DNA from: an uncultured Clostridia bacterium
GTDB lineage: Bacteria; Bacillota; Clostridia; Christensenellales; UBA1242
Direction: 5' to 3'
Length of the DNA: 60,203 bases
NCBI GenBank assembly: GCA_944348085.1
Contig: CALVMU010000005.1
Coordinates: 1 to 60,203, forward strand
A program made the position numbers and the translations under genes. Under the pieces are notes generated by a model. The model was not told the origin of the DNA. It did not search any database and saw only the letters and a list, made by a program, of their open reading frames with translations. The number at the start of each line of letters is the position of its first letter. Position 1 is the stretch's first letter. This document shows, piece by piece, positions 30,081 to 40,708 of this stretch.

Positions 30081-30575
30081 TTAAAGAAAGATGACCACAA
30101 TCATCAGCGAGGCAACAACTGCCAGTTTGATTGAGAGCTTTCCATATTTTTTAAACTCAACATTTGAGGCAGATGAAAAATCGTTAAACTTGCTTTCAAA
30201 GTTTTTGATTTCTTTCAGTTGATTTTCCATATCGCTTCTTCCAAGCGACTTGAAAAACAGAAAGATTGAGTTCTGTTCCTCTTCACTTAGAAAAGAAATT
30301 TTTTCAAAAAGTTTTGGCTTGTCCAAACTTTCCTTTGCCTCAAGAGTTGACAGAAAATTTTTATCAAGTCCGCATAGAGCTTGCTTTATTTTATCGTCAA
30401 GAGAAGAAATGATGTTTTGCACCCTTTCGCGCGAGAAATTGATTTCAACATCAAACTTTTGACAAAGATAGACAAGTGCTTCAAAAAAATTTTTGCGCCT
30501 TTTATATTTAAAATAAAACCGCCCACCAAAAAACAAACAGACTGCAGACAAAACTATCATTAAAACAATTTTCAT
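30081..30575 (-). CDS. spoIIIAB: Stage III sporulation protein AB
   Basis: N- and C-terminal TM; LGRSD..NQ; operon position. Confidence 0.85.
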   Translation of the reverse strand: MKIVLMIVLSAVCLFFGGRFYFKYKRRKNFFEALVYLCQKFDVEINFSRERVQNIISSLDDKIKQALCGLDKNFLSTLEAKESLDKPKLFEKISFLSEEEQNSIFLFFKSLGRSDMENQLKEIKNFESKFNDFSSASNVEFKKYGKLSIKLAVVASLMIVVIFL

Positions 30576-30587
30576 AGGCTCTCCTTC

Positions 30588-31508
30588 TTACCTTGAAATA
30601 TAGCGCGTGTTGATTCGCGAAAAATTTTCGTTATAAATTCCTTCAAGTGTGCCAGGACCATTGCGAAGAGAAAGCACAACAAATCTTTTGAAAACTTTTT
30701 CTTTGATGATTTTTTGAAAGTTTGATTTGCTAGCGAAACCTTCCACACTGTCAGAATGCACGCTTGCCATAATTGAAACGCCACAGTTGTAAGCCATCAA
30801 AACTGCCTCCACATCCTCTTCAGTGCCAAGTTCGTCTGTTACAATAAGGTTTGGACTGAGCGAGCGAATGCCATTTTCAAAGCCTATCTTTTTTGAGGCA
30901 AATGAGATTTTGTCAACAAAGTTTCCAAGCGAGCCAGCTTGTCCAAGGTCAAGCTCACCTCTCTCATCAAGCACCAAAACATTGTAGGCATAGTTTCTTT
31001 GCGACAGTTGCAAGATAAAATCGCGAAGAAAAGTTGTTTTGCCAGCCCCTGGTGGCGAAATGACCAAGGTGTTGTAAAGCTTGTTGTCGCTGACAATAAA
31101 GTCAAAACAAGAAAGAGAACAGTTGCGTATTTCATGAGGAATACGAATGTTGATTGAGCTAAAATTTGTCAGTGTTTTTATCTCGCCTTTTTCTTCAATA
31201 ATGTCACCGCCAAGCCCAAGCCTTATTCCACCTTGCGTGACCAAATAACCTCGCTTCAACTGTTCGTTGACTGAATAGATTGAACATTCACTAGCATGAA
31301 AGATGATGTCTTCAATCATGGTCTTGCTAGGAAAAATTGCCTCTTTGATGTTTCCAGTTGTTCCATGAGAGGAAAGAAAAAATTTTTGACTTCCAATTGC
31401 CAGCACGACTGGCTTGTCCACTCTTAAACGGATTTCATTTATCGCTTTAAAATTGACATATTTTGCAAGTGGATTGTAAAGCTCGTCAGGCAAAATCTTT
31501 TCAAGCAT
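30588..31508 (-). CDS. spoIIIAA: Stage III sporulation protein AA (ATPase)
   Basis: EIRLR, SPPGAGKTT, DERGE, IRSLSP.LIVTDE. Confidence 0.95.
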   Translation of the reverse strand: MLEKILPDELYNPLAKYVNFKAINEIRLRVDKPVVLAIGSQKFFLSSHGTTGNIKEAIFPSKTMIEDIIFHASECSIYSVNEQLKRGYLVTQGGIRLGLGGDIIEEKGEIKTLTNFSSINIRIPHEIRNCSLSCFDFIVSDNKLYNTLVISPPGAGKTTFLRDFILQLSQRNYAYNVLVLDERGELDLGQAGSLGNFVDKISFASKKIGFENGIRSLSPNLIVTDELGTEEDVEAVLMAYNCGVSIMASVHSDSVEGFASKSNFQKIIKEKVFKRFVVLSLRNGPGTLEGIYNENFSRINTRYISR

Positions 31509-31639
31509 ATCCCCTCCTTTTACTAAAGTAAATTATGAAGGTTGTCCTTAAATTATTACGAATAAAATATGCGTGATTTGTCTTTTTGATATTGACAAAA
31601 ACAGGATTTTGTATTATAAATAAAAATAAGAGGTGTTTC

Positions 31640-32422
31640 ATGAAATATGTGAATAATTTAGAACGAGAAATAGATTTTTTACAAGAGATGACTCTTGGCG
31701 AAATAAATTTTATGTTGAATTTTGAATACAATCTGCAAAATCAAAAATTTTATTTTTGCAAGCAAAGATATCGTGTGATCGAATATGTCAATGTGCATAA
31801 AAGGCATGAGATGGAACTTGTTGTGCTTGACACTGAGACTGAAGAAGTTGGAAAAATTATCATGGATGATTATCATGTTTCAGCAAATCCATATATCAAA
31901 AACAAAACATACATCAATTTGATGAACAGCAAATTTGGAGGAGAAAAATATGGTAATTATAAAAATAATTATCCATATTATTTACAAAGCAAAATATACA
32001 GACAGGTTAAAGATATTTTAAATAAAAAAGATAAAATGACTGTAAGTCAAATTTTGAAGGCCATTTCTATATACCTAAATGTTGAAATAAATCTAGATTT
32101 GAAAGATGATGATTATCATGGTTTGTTCAGCTTTATAAAAAGCAAAGAGCTGATTGAATATGTAAAAAAATCAATAAACAATATTCCAACAATTTTAAAT
32201 GAAATAAAAAGAAATAATTTTATCAAACAAAAAGGTATCAATTTTGGTCGAAAGGATGAGATAAAAGTCTCTTTAGTTCAAGCATGTTACGCAAGCATTA
32301 ATGATAAAATGACTTTTATAAACAAAGTGAATAATTCTATTAGAAACGATGAATTTAAAAAGATATTCCATAGTTTTCGAACTGGAAGACCTTTGCAAAA
32401 TGAAGCTGAAACTTTCGATTAA
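31640..32422 (+). CDS. AT-rich orphan protein inserted antisense between efp and spoIIIAA
   Basis: Own TTGACA promoter (31592), AGAGGTG RBS, ATG 31640, terminator ~32437-32480. Confidence 0.75.
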   Translation: MKYVNNLEREIDFLQEMTLGEINFMLNFEYNLQNQKFYFCKQRYRVIEYVNVHKRHEMELVVLDTETEEVGKIIMDDYHVSANPYIKNKTYINLMNSKFGGEKYGNYKNNYPYYLQSKIYRQVKDILNKKDKMTVSQILKAISIYLNVEINLDLKDDDYHGLFSFIKSKELIEYVKKSINNIPTILNEIKRNNFIKQKGINFGRKDEIKVSLVQACYASINDKMTFINKVNNSIRNDEFKKIFHSFRTGRPLQNEAETFD

Positions 32423-32559
32423 TTTGAAACATTGCACAAAAAAACACCCTATAAAGCTTGAGCTTTTGGGTGCTTTTTATTTTTATTTTTTGGTATTATA
32501 TTTTGAATAATTTTATTTTAAACAATTCCGAATAATTTGTTTTTAAAATTTATTTTAAA

Positions 32560-33120
32560 TTATTTCACTCTTTCCATGTAAGAGCCGTCACGAGTGTCAA
32601 TTCTGATCTTGTCGCCAATGTTGATGAAAAGTGGAACGCCAAGCACATAGCCAGTTTCAACTTTAGCCGGTTTTGTGGTTGATTTTGAAGTGTCACCTTG
32701 AATTCCAGGTTCACAATCAACAACCTCAAGTTCAACAAAAGTTGGAGGATAAACAGCAAATGGATTGCCCTTGTAGAAATACATTGTGCAGTTTTCATTT
32801 TCTTTCACAAAGTTTAATGCGTCTTCAATGCTGTCTTTGTTAAGAGGAATTTGATCATAAGTTTCAGTGTCCATGAAATAGTAAATTTCACCGTCGTTGT
32901 AAAGATAAGTCATTTCTTTTTTCTCGATAACGGCAACTTGAAATTTATCAGATGGGTTGAAAGTTGTCTCCTTCACCTGACCAGTCATAACGTTTTTAAG
33001 TTTTGCTCTTACAAATGGTGAGCCTTTGCCTGGTTTAACATGCAAAAAGTCAACAACTGAGTAAACAGCTCCGTCCATTTCAAATGTAGTTCCTTTTCTA
33101 AAATCTCCTGCAAAAATCAT
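32560..33120 (-). CDS. efp: Elongation factor P
   Basis: HVKPGKG, QGDT, VPLFI..G...IDTR.G.Y. Confidence 0.97.
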   Translation of the reverse strand: MIFAGDFRKGTTFEMDGAVYSVVDFLHVKPGKGSPFVRAKLKNVMTGQVKETTFNPSDKFQVAVIEKKEMTYLYNDGEIYYFMDTETYDQIPLNKDSIEDALNFVKENENCTMYFYKGNPFAVYPPTFVELEVVDCEPGIQGDTSKSTTKPAKVETGYVLGVPLFINIGDKIRIDTRDGSYMERVK

Positions 33121-33223
33121 ATTAATCTCCTTCAAATTAAATTTATTAAATTTCTTTTTTATTCTATCACATAAAAAGTTATTTGTCTAGTGATTATGAA
33201 AATTTATTTATATTTTTATTCTA

Positions 33224-34093
33224 TTATTTCCCCTCTTTTTCTTTAAGGCTTTGGTAAATGTTTTTCATAATGAGCGCGTCATGTGGCATCATGCTCATAG
33301 ACTCACAGATTATGCGTGGCTCAAGGTTATACTCAAGAAGCACCTCGGCAAGGGGTTCAAAATTTGGCCCATAAAGTTGATCGTCATAATTTAAATGTTT
33401 CACCTCGCCCTTTGGCCCATATTGAATTTTTGAAAAATGGATATGACAGTTGTTTGTGCGCTCAAAACCCAGTTTTTCAATTGAAAGGTCAAGCACTCTT
33501 TTAAAGTCTTCAGCGCTTTTCATCGAGCCTTGCTCGAGCGCATTGATGTGTCCAAAATCAAAAGTTGGAACAAGGTGGCTGTTGTTTAAGCATAGGTCGA
33601 TAACTTCCTCGTATGTGCCAATTTGCATTGACTTGCCCATTGTTTCTGGACAAAGCCAAATGCCGTCAAGCATTCCAGCAGAGTCAAGAGAGTTGAAAAA
33701 TTCATTAAACCTTTGGTTTGTCAGCTCAAGTGCCTCCTGACGAGGTTGCTTTCCGCAAGAAGCAGGATGAAACACCAAATGGTCTGCGCCGAAAGCACGC
33801 ATAAGTTTTATGCCAGTGTTGATATAGCCCTTTGTTTTTTCATACATCACAGGGTCAGGATTTGCAAAGTTTATGTAAAATGGTGCATGGATTGAAAGCG
33901 CAATGTCATGTTCTTTAAAGAGTGCGCCTGCTTTGCGAGCTGTGTCACTGCTCATTTGATAGCCATGTCCAAAAGAATATTCATAAGCGTCAAGTCCATA
34001 ATCTTTCACCCATTTTGGCACTTCCATTATCGTTTTAAAGCCTTGCTCATAAAATTCGTCACCACAGCCAGACGGTCCAAATTTGATAGCCAT
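33224..34093 (-). CDS. Endonuclease IV-like TIM-barrel (AP endonuclease family 2)
   Basis: HAPFYIN, FHP, ETMGK, DFGH, HFS metal ligands. Confidence 0.85.
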   Translation of the reverse strand: MAIKFGPSGCGDEFYEQGFKTIMEVPKWVKDYGLDAYEYSFGHGYQMSSDTARKAGALFKEHDIALSIHAPFYINFANPDPVMYEKTKGYINTGIKLMRAFGADHLVFHPASCGKQPRQEALELTNQRFNEFFNSLDSAGMLDGIWLCPETMGKSMQIGTYEEVIDLCLNNSHLVPTFDFGHINALEQGSMKSAEDFKRVLDLSIEKLGFERTNNCHIHFSKIQYGPKGEVKHLNYDDQLYGPNFEPLAEVLLEYNLEPRIICESMSMMPHDALIMKNIYQSLKEKEGK

Positions 34094-34174
34094 TTTGTCC
34101 TCCTTTTGTTGAATGCTTTTTCGCTCGAGAAAATCAATAAGTTTATGTTGATTGAAATTGGAAACAATAAATGT

Positions 34175-34241
34175 AAGTTAAGAAATATAAGGTTAGCACA
34201 ATCGATTAAAAGTTGAGAAATATAAGGTTAGCACAATCGAT
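34175..34241. repeat. Tandem direct duplication, 35-bp period
   Basis: AGAAATATAAGGTTAGCACAATCGAT exact at 34181 and 34216. Confidence 0.9.
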
Positions 34242-34274
34242 AAGATGTTTAAATCAAATTGATGCTTGCGGCAT

Positions 34275-35129
34275 TTAAAATAGCCTTATCAAGAGTTTCA
34301 GTTTGCCTTGACAAACCTCTCCAAGTCCAAGAAAAAGCTTGTCATGATAAACTTTGTATTTTCCATCTTTACAAGGCATGTCTGAAATTTGAACGCCATT
34401 TCTGACAAGCTCAAACTCTCTTTCATCAAGTGAAATTGAGGTTTGTTCAAAAATGGTGTCAGCGCCAATAAGTGAAAATTTGCCGTTTTCAATATCTTGC
34501 AAAGTATAGCTGTCTTTTAAGTCAAAAATTCCACATCTTGTGCGTATTATGCGTTGCATAACACCACATGTTGACAATTCTTTTGCAATATCTCTGCAAA
34601 GAGAACGAATAAAGGTTCCGCTTGAACAAGCAACTTTAAATTCAAAAGTGTTTTTATCGACCTTCTTTAAAAGTCTGATATCATAAATTTCAATTTCTTT
34701 TGGCTTCAAATCAACATCTTTACCCTCTCGTGCTAGCGAGTAAGCTTTTTGTCCATTTACTTTTTTGGCGCTATAGATTGGAGGCATTTGATTTTGTCTT
34801 CCAATAAATTTGGGCAACACTTTTTTGACCTCTTCTTCGGATAGATCAAGAGTTTTGTCCTCTTCTGTCAGTTCTCCTTCAAGGTCAAGCGTTGGCGAGG
34901 TTTGACCAAATTTGAAAATGGTCACATATTCTTTGTCTTTTTCAAGAAAATAGTCAAAAAGTTTGGTTGCTTTGTTTAGTGTGACAGGAAGCAAGCCTTC
35001 GCCAAGCACATCGAGCGTGCCTAAATGTCCAGCTTTGCTTGCGCCTAGCAAAAATTTGACTTTGTTGACCGCTTTATTTGAAGACATTCCCCTTTCTTTA
35101 TTCAAAAGCAATATTGCGCATTCTTGCAT
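34275..35129 (-). CDS. truB: tRNA pseudouridine(55) synthase
   Basis: GHLGTLD, PPIYSAKK.NG, CSSGTFIRSL. Confidence 0.96.
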   Translation of the reverse strand: MQECAILLLNKERGMSSNKAVNKVKFLLGASKAGHLGTLDVLGEGLLPVTLNKATKLFDYFLEKDKEYVTIFKFGQTSPTLDLEGELTEEDKTLDLSEEEVKKVLPKFIGRQNQMPPIYSAKKVNGQKAYSLAREGKDVDLKPKEIEIYDIRLLKKVDKNTFEFKVACSSGTFIRSLCRDIAKELSTCGVMQRIIRTRCGIFDLKDSYTLQDIENGKFSLIGADTIFEQTSISLDEREFELVRNGVQISDMPCKDGKYKVYHDKLFLGLGEVCQGKLKLLIRLF

Positions 35130-35139
35130 TTTGACCTCT

Positions 35140-36105
35140 CTAATTAAATTTATGCTTGACTTCTTTTAGAATAAGTTTTGCCACGCTTGTAGCAGTTGCT
35201 TTTTGGTCAACAATCTTGCCAGCACAGGCATACAAATGCCCGCCACCGCCAAATTTTTCAGCAATATCTCTGACAGGAAAGCCCTCTTTTGCACGGAAAG
35301 AGAAATAGAACGCTTTTGGTTCTTTTTCAACCACACTGAAAGAAACATTTGCCTTGTCAAACTTTATAAGTTCAGAGCTGATTTGTGAAAAATCACGCTT
35401 GTTTGCCTTAAGGTTTTTCATATCTTCTTGTGAAACAGTGCAAAAGGCGATATTTTTTTCGATTTTAAAATGGTTGTAAATAAATTGTCTGATATTCAAT
35501 TCTTTTTCAGTCATAGAACGATAGTGCTCTTCATTAAACTTTATTGAATTTGCGCCATATTTTAAAAGTTTGTAAGCTGCTAAAAATGAGTCTGCATTTG
35601 TGTTTGTGTTGATAAATGCGCCTGAGTCTGTTGAAAGACCGGCATACAAACAGCTTGCAACCCTTTTGTCAATTGGGAAATGACCAGCTTCCAATAAGTC
35701 TAAAACAATTTCTGCGCAAGAACTTTTGTTTGTGTTTGTATAGTTATATTTACCTTGCAAATCTAGTGATTTATGATGATCAAGCAAGATTGAGTTTGTG
35801 TTTTCACCAAACACTTCTTCATGTTCACATCTAGAGCGAGCTGGATTGTCCAGACTGATAAAAAGGTCATAGCTTTCTCTATCAAATTTTTTGGTGCAAA
35901 AATCATTGCCAAAGATTTTCTCGGCTTTTTCAGTTTGCTTTTCTGATGAAATAAAGTCTGCTCTCTTTCCGCAAAGCTCAAGTGAATATTTCAGACCAAG
36001 AGCAGAGCCAATTGCATCAAAATCAGGATCGGTATGAGAGAAAATGGCGATAGATGATGCTTTTTTTATGATCTTTGAAATTTTCTTTAATGTTTTATTC
36101 GTCAT
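35140..36105 (-). CDS. nrnA: DHH/DHHA1 nano-RNase / pAp phosphatase
   Basis: HTDPDFD, DHH, TDSG.F, GGGGH; located between rbfA and truB. Confidence 0.88.
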   Translation of the reverse strand: MTNKTLKKISKIIKKASSIAIFSHTDPDFDAIGSALGLKYSLELCGKRADFISSEKQTEKAEKIFGNDFCTKKFDRESYDLFISLDNPARSRCEHEEVFGENTNSILLDHHKSLDLQGKYNYTNTNKSSCAEIVLDLLEAGHFPIDKRVASCLYAGLSTDSGAFINTNTNADSFLAAYKLLKYGANSIKFNEEHYRSMTEKELNIRQFIYNHFKIEKNIAFCTVSQEDMKNLKANKRDFSQISSELIKFDKANVSFSVVEKEPKAFYFSFRAKEGFPVRDIAEKFGGGGHLYACAGKIVDQKATATSVAKLILKEVKHKFN

Positions 36106-36469
36106 CACCTTCACCTTCTTCTTTTGGAATGTTAAGTGTTTTCAAAATCTCATTGACGCGGATGCTTGCTTGCGTTCCTTTGTCAATTTCAAATTGAAGT
36201 TTTGGCATGTGTGGCATGTCAACCATGTCAGCAAGCTCGCGCTTTATAAAGCCTTCAGATTTCTGCAAAACTTTTATAGTCTCTTCCAGCTCTTTTTGGT
36301 CGTCGCTATCAAGAGCAATCTTCACTTTGCAATATTGAAAGTCAGGTGTCACATTCACTTCGCTTACATAAACAAAAGGCGAAATCCTAGGGTCGTTCAT
36401 CTTATTTTGCAAAATAAGAGCGATATTTTTTTGCAATTGACTGTTTGCTCTATCAAATCTTTTAGACAT
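36095..36469 (-). CDS. rbfA: Ribosome-binding factor A
   Basis: DPRI, V.VTPD, GFIKRE, P.LQF.ID. Confidence 0.95.
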   Translation of the reverse strand: MSKRFDRANSQLQKNIALILQNKMNDPRISPFVYVSEVNVTPDFQYCKVKIALDSDDQKELEETIKVLQKSEGFIKRELADMVDMPHMPKLQFEIDKGTQASIRVNEILKTLNIPKEEGEGDDE

Positions 36470-36520
36470 AGTTTTTCTCCTTTTATTTTAATTTTCAATT
36501 GTTTAGTTTAATGTGTGCGT

Positions 36521-38995
36521 TTAAACTCTTTTTACAACCTCTTTAACATAAAATTCGATCATGTCGCCTTCTTTGAAATCGATGTTGTCATGGAGTTTAA
36601 TTCCACATTCAAAACCTTTTGCGACTTCGGCTTTCTCGTCTTTGACAATCTTAAGTGAGTCAACTGTTGTCTTTCCAAGTTCTTCATCTCCGCGTTTTAC
36701 AACTGCAACCGCGTTTCTAGTCACTTTTCCGTCTTTCACATAGCTTCCTGCAACTTTTCCTGCAGTGGAAAGTTTAAATACCATGCGGATTTCGGCAGTT
36801 CCGATGTATTTTTCTTCATATTTAACTGAAAGCATGCCGTTAATTGCGTTTGTGATGTCGTCAACAACATCATAAATAATGTTGTATTCTTTGATTTCAA
36901 TCTTTGCACTGTCAGCCATGTTTTTAACCTTTGCTGATGTCTTTTGATTGAAGTTGATTATAACTGAACCAGTTGTTTGAGCAAGAGAAACATCACTTTC
37001 TGTGACTGCACCAGTTCCGCTATGAACAATGTTGACTTTTGCCTCGTCGTTGCGAATTGCAAGAAGTGAAGCTTTGAGCGCCTCAACTGAGCCCATAGTG
37101 TCAGCCTTAAGCACGATATTAAGGTTTTTCAAACTGCCCTCTTGCACTCTATTCATAAAGGTGTCAAGAGTCACGCCAGAAGATTGAGTTGCGCGTTCTT
37201 TCTTTATGCGGTCAATTCTTTCTTGAATAACAGCCTTTGAAAGAGTTTCTTCAACTCCATAAATTTCATCACCAGAAGATGGCACTTCATTAAGTCCCAA
37301 AATTGAAACAGGTTTTGATGGCTCAGCAGATTTAATTGATTTGCCTTTGTCATCAAACATTGCACGCACCTTTCCGTAAGTGATTCCAGTCATAACAGAG
37401 TCGCCAACATGCAGAGTTCCGTTTTGAACGATAATGTTTGCAACTGGACCTCTTGACTTGTCAAGTTCGGCTTCAATGACAACGCCAACCGCCATTTTGT
37501 TTGGATTTGCTTTAAGCTCTTGCATTTCAGCAACAAGCAAAATGGTTTGTTTCAAGTCGTCAAGCCCTGCACCAGTCTTTGCTGAACATGGCACGCAAAT
37601 TGCATCTCCGCCCCATTCTTCAGGCAGAATGTTGTTTTCAGCAAGTTGTTGCTTAACTCTGTCTGGGTTCGCCTCTGGCTTATCCATTTTGTTTATTGCA
37701 ACAATCATAGGAACGCCAGCTGCTTTGATATGATTGATAGCTTCAATTGTTTGAGGCATAATTCCGTCATCAGCCGCAACAACCAAGATTGCAATGTCAG
37801 TTGCTTGCGCACCTCTAGCACGCATTTGAGTGAAAGCCGCGTGTCCAGGAGTGTCAATAAATGTGATTTTTTCGCCATTAAATTCAATTTGATAAGCGCC
37901 AATGCTTTGAGTGATACCACCAGCCTCACCGCCTACAACATTCGTCTTTCTGAAGGCGTCAAGCAGTGATGTTTTTCCGTGGTCAACATGTCCCATAACA
38001 GCAACGATTGGTGGACGCTTTACAAGCGCGCTTTCATCGTCTTCAGTTTTAGCGCTTTCAAGCAGTTTTTCTTCAAAGGATTTGCCTGCTTTAAGTTCGA
38101 GCGTGATTCCAAAATCGCTTGCTACAAGCTCGGCTGTTTCAAAATCGATGTTTGAATTGATTGTCGCCATAATTCCAAGCAGCATAAGCTTTTTGACAAT
38201 TTCGTTGACTGGTTTTCCAATCTTTTCACTAAACTCTTTCACAGTAAATTCTTTTGAGGTCATAACAGCATGAGTGATAACTGTAACTTGAGTTGGAGCG
38301 GTCTCCTTTTTCTTTTTAACAACGCTCTTTCTAGAGCCATAAGAAATCTCTTCAAATCCGTTTTCATCTTCAACAAGCACATTGTTTCTTCTTGACGAAG
38401 ATGATTTTTTATTTTGAATTTTGCGCTCCTCATTGTTTGAATGCTTTTGAGCAAATTTTGCTTTGTTTGCATAATTTCGTTCTGCTTCAACATCAATTTC
38501 AGGTGCATCAGCGCTTGCAAAGGAACGGAAATTGTTTGTTTTTGTTGAAACAAAGTTGTTGCCTGGCTTTTTGTTTTGACCTGGTTTGTTAAACATTGGT
38601 TTTTGATTTTGAGTTTTGCCAAAACCATCCTTTTTAAAGTCTCTTGGTCTTTGGTCATTTGGTCTTTGTGAAGAAAATTTGTTTTGTTTTTGTTCGTTAT
38701 CAAAACGCTTAAATCTATTCTGTTGTCCTTGACCGTTTGAAAAAGCCTGCTCGCTGGCAGTTATAACCTTTTCTTCTTGAGGTTTTTCAGTTATGACTTT
38801 TGCCGCAGCCTCTTGTTCAAGCTTTTTCTTGTTTTCTTCTTCAAGCGCAATTGCTTTGGCTCTCGCCTGCAATTTTTGCGCAAAAGAGTCAAGAAGAACT
38901 TTCGAAGAACGCACATCTTTGATATGAGCGTTGATAATTCCTTCTTTTTGCATGTCGTGAATGATTTTTAAATTGTTTAGTGTTTGATTTGCCAA
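36521..38995 (-). CDS. infB: Translation initiation factor IF-2 (TTG start)
   Basis: RPPIVAVMGHVDHGKT, DTPGH, NKMD. Confidence 0.98.
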   Translation of the reverse strand: MANQTLNNLKIIHDMQKEGIINAHIKDVRSSKVLLDSFAQKLQARAKAIALEEENKKKLEQEAAAKVITEKPQEEKVITASEQAFSNGQGQQNRFKRFDNEQKQNKFSSQRPNDQRPRDFKKDGFGKTQNQKPMFNKPGQNKKPGNNFVSTKTNNFRSFASADAPEIDVEAERNYANKAKFAQKHSNNEERKIQNKKSSSSRRNNVLVEDENGFEEISYGSRKSVVKKKKETAPTQVTVITHAVMTSKEFTVKEFSEKIGKPVNEIVKKLMLLGIMATINSNIDFETAELVASDFGITLELKAGKSFEEKLLESAKTEDDESALVKRPPIVAVMGHVDHGKTSLLDAFRKTNVVGGEAGGITQSIGAYQIEFNGEKITFIDTPGHAAFTQMRARGAQATDIAILVVAADDGIMPQTIEAINHIKAAGVPMIVAINKMDKPEANPDRVKQQLAENNILPEEWGGDAICVPCSAKTGAGLDDLKQTILLVAEMQELKANPNKMAVGVVIEAELDKSRGPVANIIVQNGTLHVGDSVMTGITYGKVRAMFDDKGKSIKSAEPSKPVSILGLNEVPSSGDEIYGVEETLSKAVIQERIDRIKKERATQSSGVTLDTFMNRVQEGSLKNLNIVLKADTMGSVEALKASLLAIRNDEAKVNIVHSGTGAVTESDVSLAQTTGSVIINFNQKTSAKVKNMADSAKIEIKEYNIIYDVVDDITNAINGMLSVKYEEKYIGTAEIRMVFKLSTAGKVAGSYVKDGKVTRNAVAVVKRGDEELGKTTVDSLKIVKDEKAEVAKGFECGIKLHDNIDFKEGDMIEFYVKEVVKRV

Positions 38996-38998
38996 AGT

Positions 38999-39292
38999 TT
39001 ACTCCTTTTCCTCACATAATTTTTCAATTATTTCGCTAAGTTGTTTGTTTTTGATTGCTACAATTTTGCAGTTTTCAATTGCGATAAGTTTTCCCAAATT
39101 TTCGGTTGCAATTGTTTTGAGCCCTTTGTCTTTTAGGGACTGAACAATTTTTAATGTCGACTTTCCAGCTTTGCTATCATATAAAACAAGATAAAGCTTT
39201 TTGCTGTAGTCTTCAAGTTTTTCTCCGCCTATTATAAGATAGTTTGCTTTTCGGCAAATATTCAAATAACCGATTAATTTAGTCTCTTGCAA
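38999..39292 (-). CDS. ylxQ: L7Ae-like RNA-binding protein (YlxQ), divergent
   Basis: Between ylxR and infB; GYL.ICRKA...I.G; GGAGG RBS before TTG 39292. Confidence 0.7.
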   Translation of the reverse strand: MQETKLIGYLNICRKANYLIIGGEKLEDYSKKLYLVLYDSKAGKSTLKIVQSLKDKGLKTIATENLGKLIAIENCKIVAIKNKQLSEIIEKLCEEKE

Positions 39293-39536
39293 CTTTCTCC
39301 TCCAATTCAAGATAGACTTTTTCGTCCACTGCGCATTTGAAAGCTTTGTTTAAAAGTTTTTGCTTTTTGAGTTTTTGCATGCACTCTTTGCTTGAGCAGA
39401 TGTATGCTCCTCGTCCATTAGCCTTGCCTGTCATGTCGACAAAAATTTGTCCGTCACTGTTTTTAACAATTCTTTTAAGGTCTTTTTTGTCAAACATTTG
39501 TCTGCAGGCAATGCACATACGCTGACGCTTTTCCAT
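39279..39536 (-). CDS. ylxR: YlxR/RnpM family protein
   Basis: RMCIAC, GKANGRGAYIC. Confidence 0.93.
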   Translation of the reverse strand: MEKRQRMCIACRQMFDKKDLKRIVKNSDGQIFVDMTGKANGRGAYICSSKECMQKLKKQKLLNKAFKCAVDEKVYLELEEKVARD

Positions 39537-39538
39537 GA

Positions 39539-40696
39539 TTATTCCTCATCGTCAATTGGAGTCAAATCTTCAAGTTCTTCAAGGTCGCCAAGGTCTTCAA
39601 ATGCGTCATCATTAAGTTCAGTAAGTTCATATTCAGGCTCTTTTGTGTTTTGAGCTGAAACTGAGCTTTCGCTTTTAACTTCAATCTTCCAACCAGTAAG
39701 ACGAGCTGCCAAACGGACATTTTGACCATTCTTTCCAATTGCAAGTGAAAGTTTGTCGTCTGGAACGATAACTCTTGAAGCTTTCAAGCTTTCATTTGTC
39801 TCAACGCTCAAAACTTTTGCTGGGCTGAGCGCTCTTGCAATATATTCAAGTGGGTCGTCGGTATATTCAATAAGGTCAATTTTTTCGCCATTAAGTTCAG
39901 AAATGATTGTGTCAATTCTTTGACCGTGGAAACCAACACAAGTTCCGATTGGGTCGATGTTTTGTTTTGATGTGTAAACTGCAACCTTTGTTCTGTTGCC
40001 AGGGTCTCTTGCAATGTTTTTAATCACAATGTCACCATTTGCAACTTCTGGAATTTCAAGCTCGAAAAGTTTTCTTACAAAGCCGATGTTGCTTCTTGTC
40101 ACTTGAATTTGTGTGCCTTTGAATGAGTCTTTAATCTTTTTCACATAGACTTTAACTCTGTCGCCAACATTGAATTTTTCGCCTGGGATTTGATCCGAAG
40201 GAAGCATAACCCCTTCAGTGTGTGAATTTGAAATTTGAACATAGACAGTGCCGTTGTCAATGCGTTTTACGATTGTTGTGAGAAGCTCATCTTCCTTTTC
40301 AGAAAGTTCGTCAAGAGCGTTTTGTCTTTCCATTTCTTTAAGCTTTTGCATAACAACCTGTTTTGCTGTTTGAGCGGCAATTCTGCCAAAATCTTTTGTT
40401 GACTCTTCTGTCTGCACAATGTCGCCAACTTTGAAAGACTTTTTGATAAGTTTTGCCTCGGCAAGAGAGATTTCTTTGTCTGGGTCTTCAACATTGTCAA
40501 CGATTGTTTTGTAAGAATAAATTCTGATTGTGTTTTTCTCAGGATTTAATTTTACAAGTGCACTTTTTGCCTCGCCATACATCTTTTTATAGGCTGATGT
40601 AAGTGCGGTTTCAAGAGTTTGAATAAAAGTGTCTTTATCAATTTTCTTTTCTGCTTGTAAGTCTTCTAATGCTTGAAAAAAATCTTTGTTTATCAT
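39539..40696 (-). CDS. nusA: Transcription factor NusA
   Basis: FGRIAAQTAKQV, ARDPGNRTKVAV, AIGKNGQNVRLA. Confidence 0.98.
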   Translation of the reverse strand: MINKDFFQALEDLQAEKKIDKDTFIQTLETALTSAYKKMYGEAKSALVKLNPEKNTIRIYSYKTIVDNVEDPDKEISLAEAKLIKKSFKVGDIVQTEESTKDFGRIAAQTAKQVVMQKLKEMERQNALDELSEKEDELLTTIVKRIDNGTVYVQISNSHTEGVMLPSDQIPGEKFNVGDRVKVYVKKIKDSFKGTQIQVTRSNIGFVRKLFELEIPEVANGDIVIKNIARDPGNRTKVAVYTSKQNIDPIGTCVGFHGQRIDTIISELNGEKIDLIEYTDDPLEYIARALSPAKVLSVETNESLKASRVIVPDDKLSLAIGKNGQNVRLAARLTGWKIEVKSESSVSAQNTKEPEYELTELNDDAFEDLGDLEELEDLTPIDDEE

Positions 40697-40708
40697 GTTT
40701 TTTGCTCC

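Noticed and set aside
34175-34241. Possible mini CRISPR array
   Set aside because: Only two copies, a 9-bp gap, no palindrome and no cas genes
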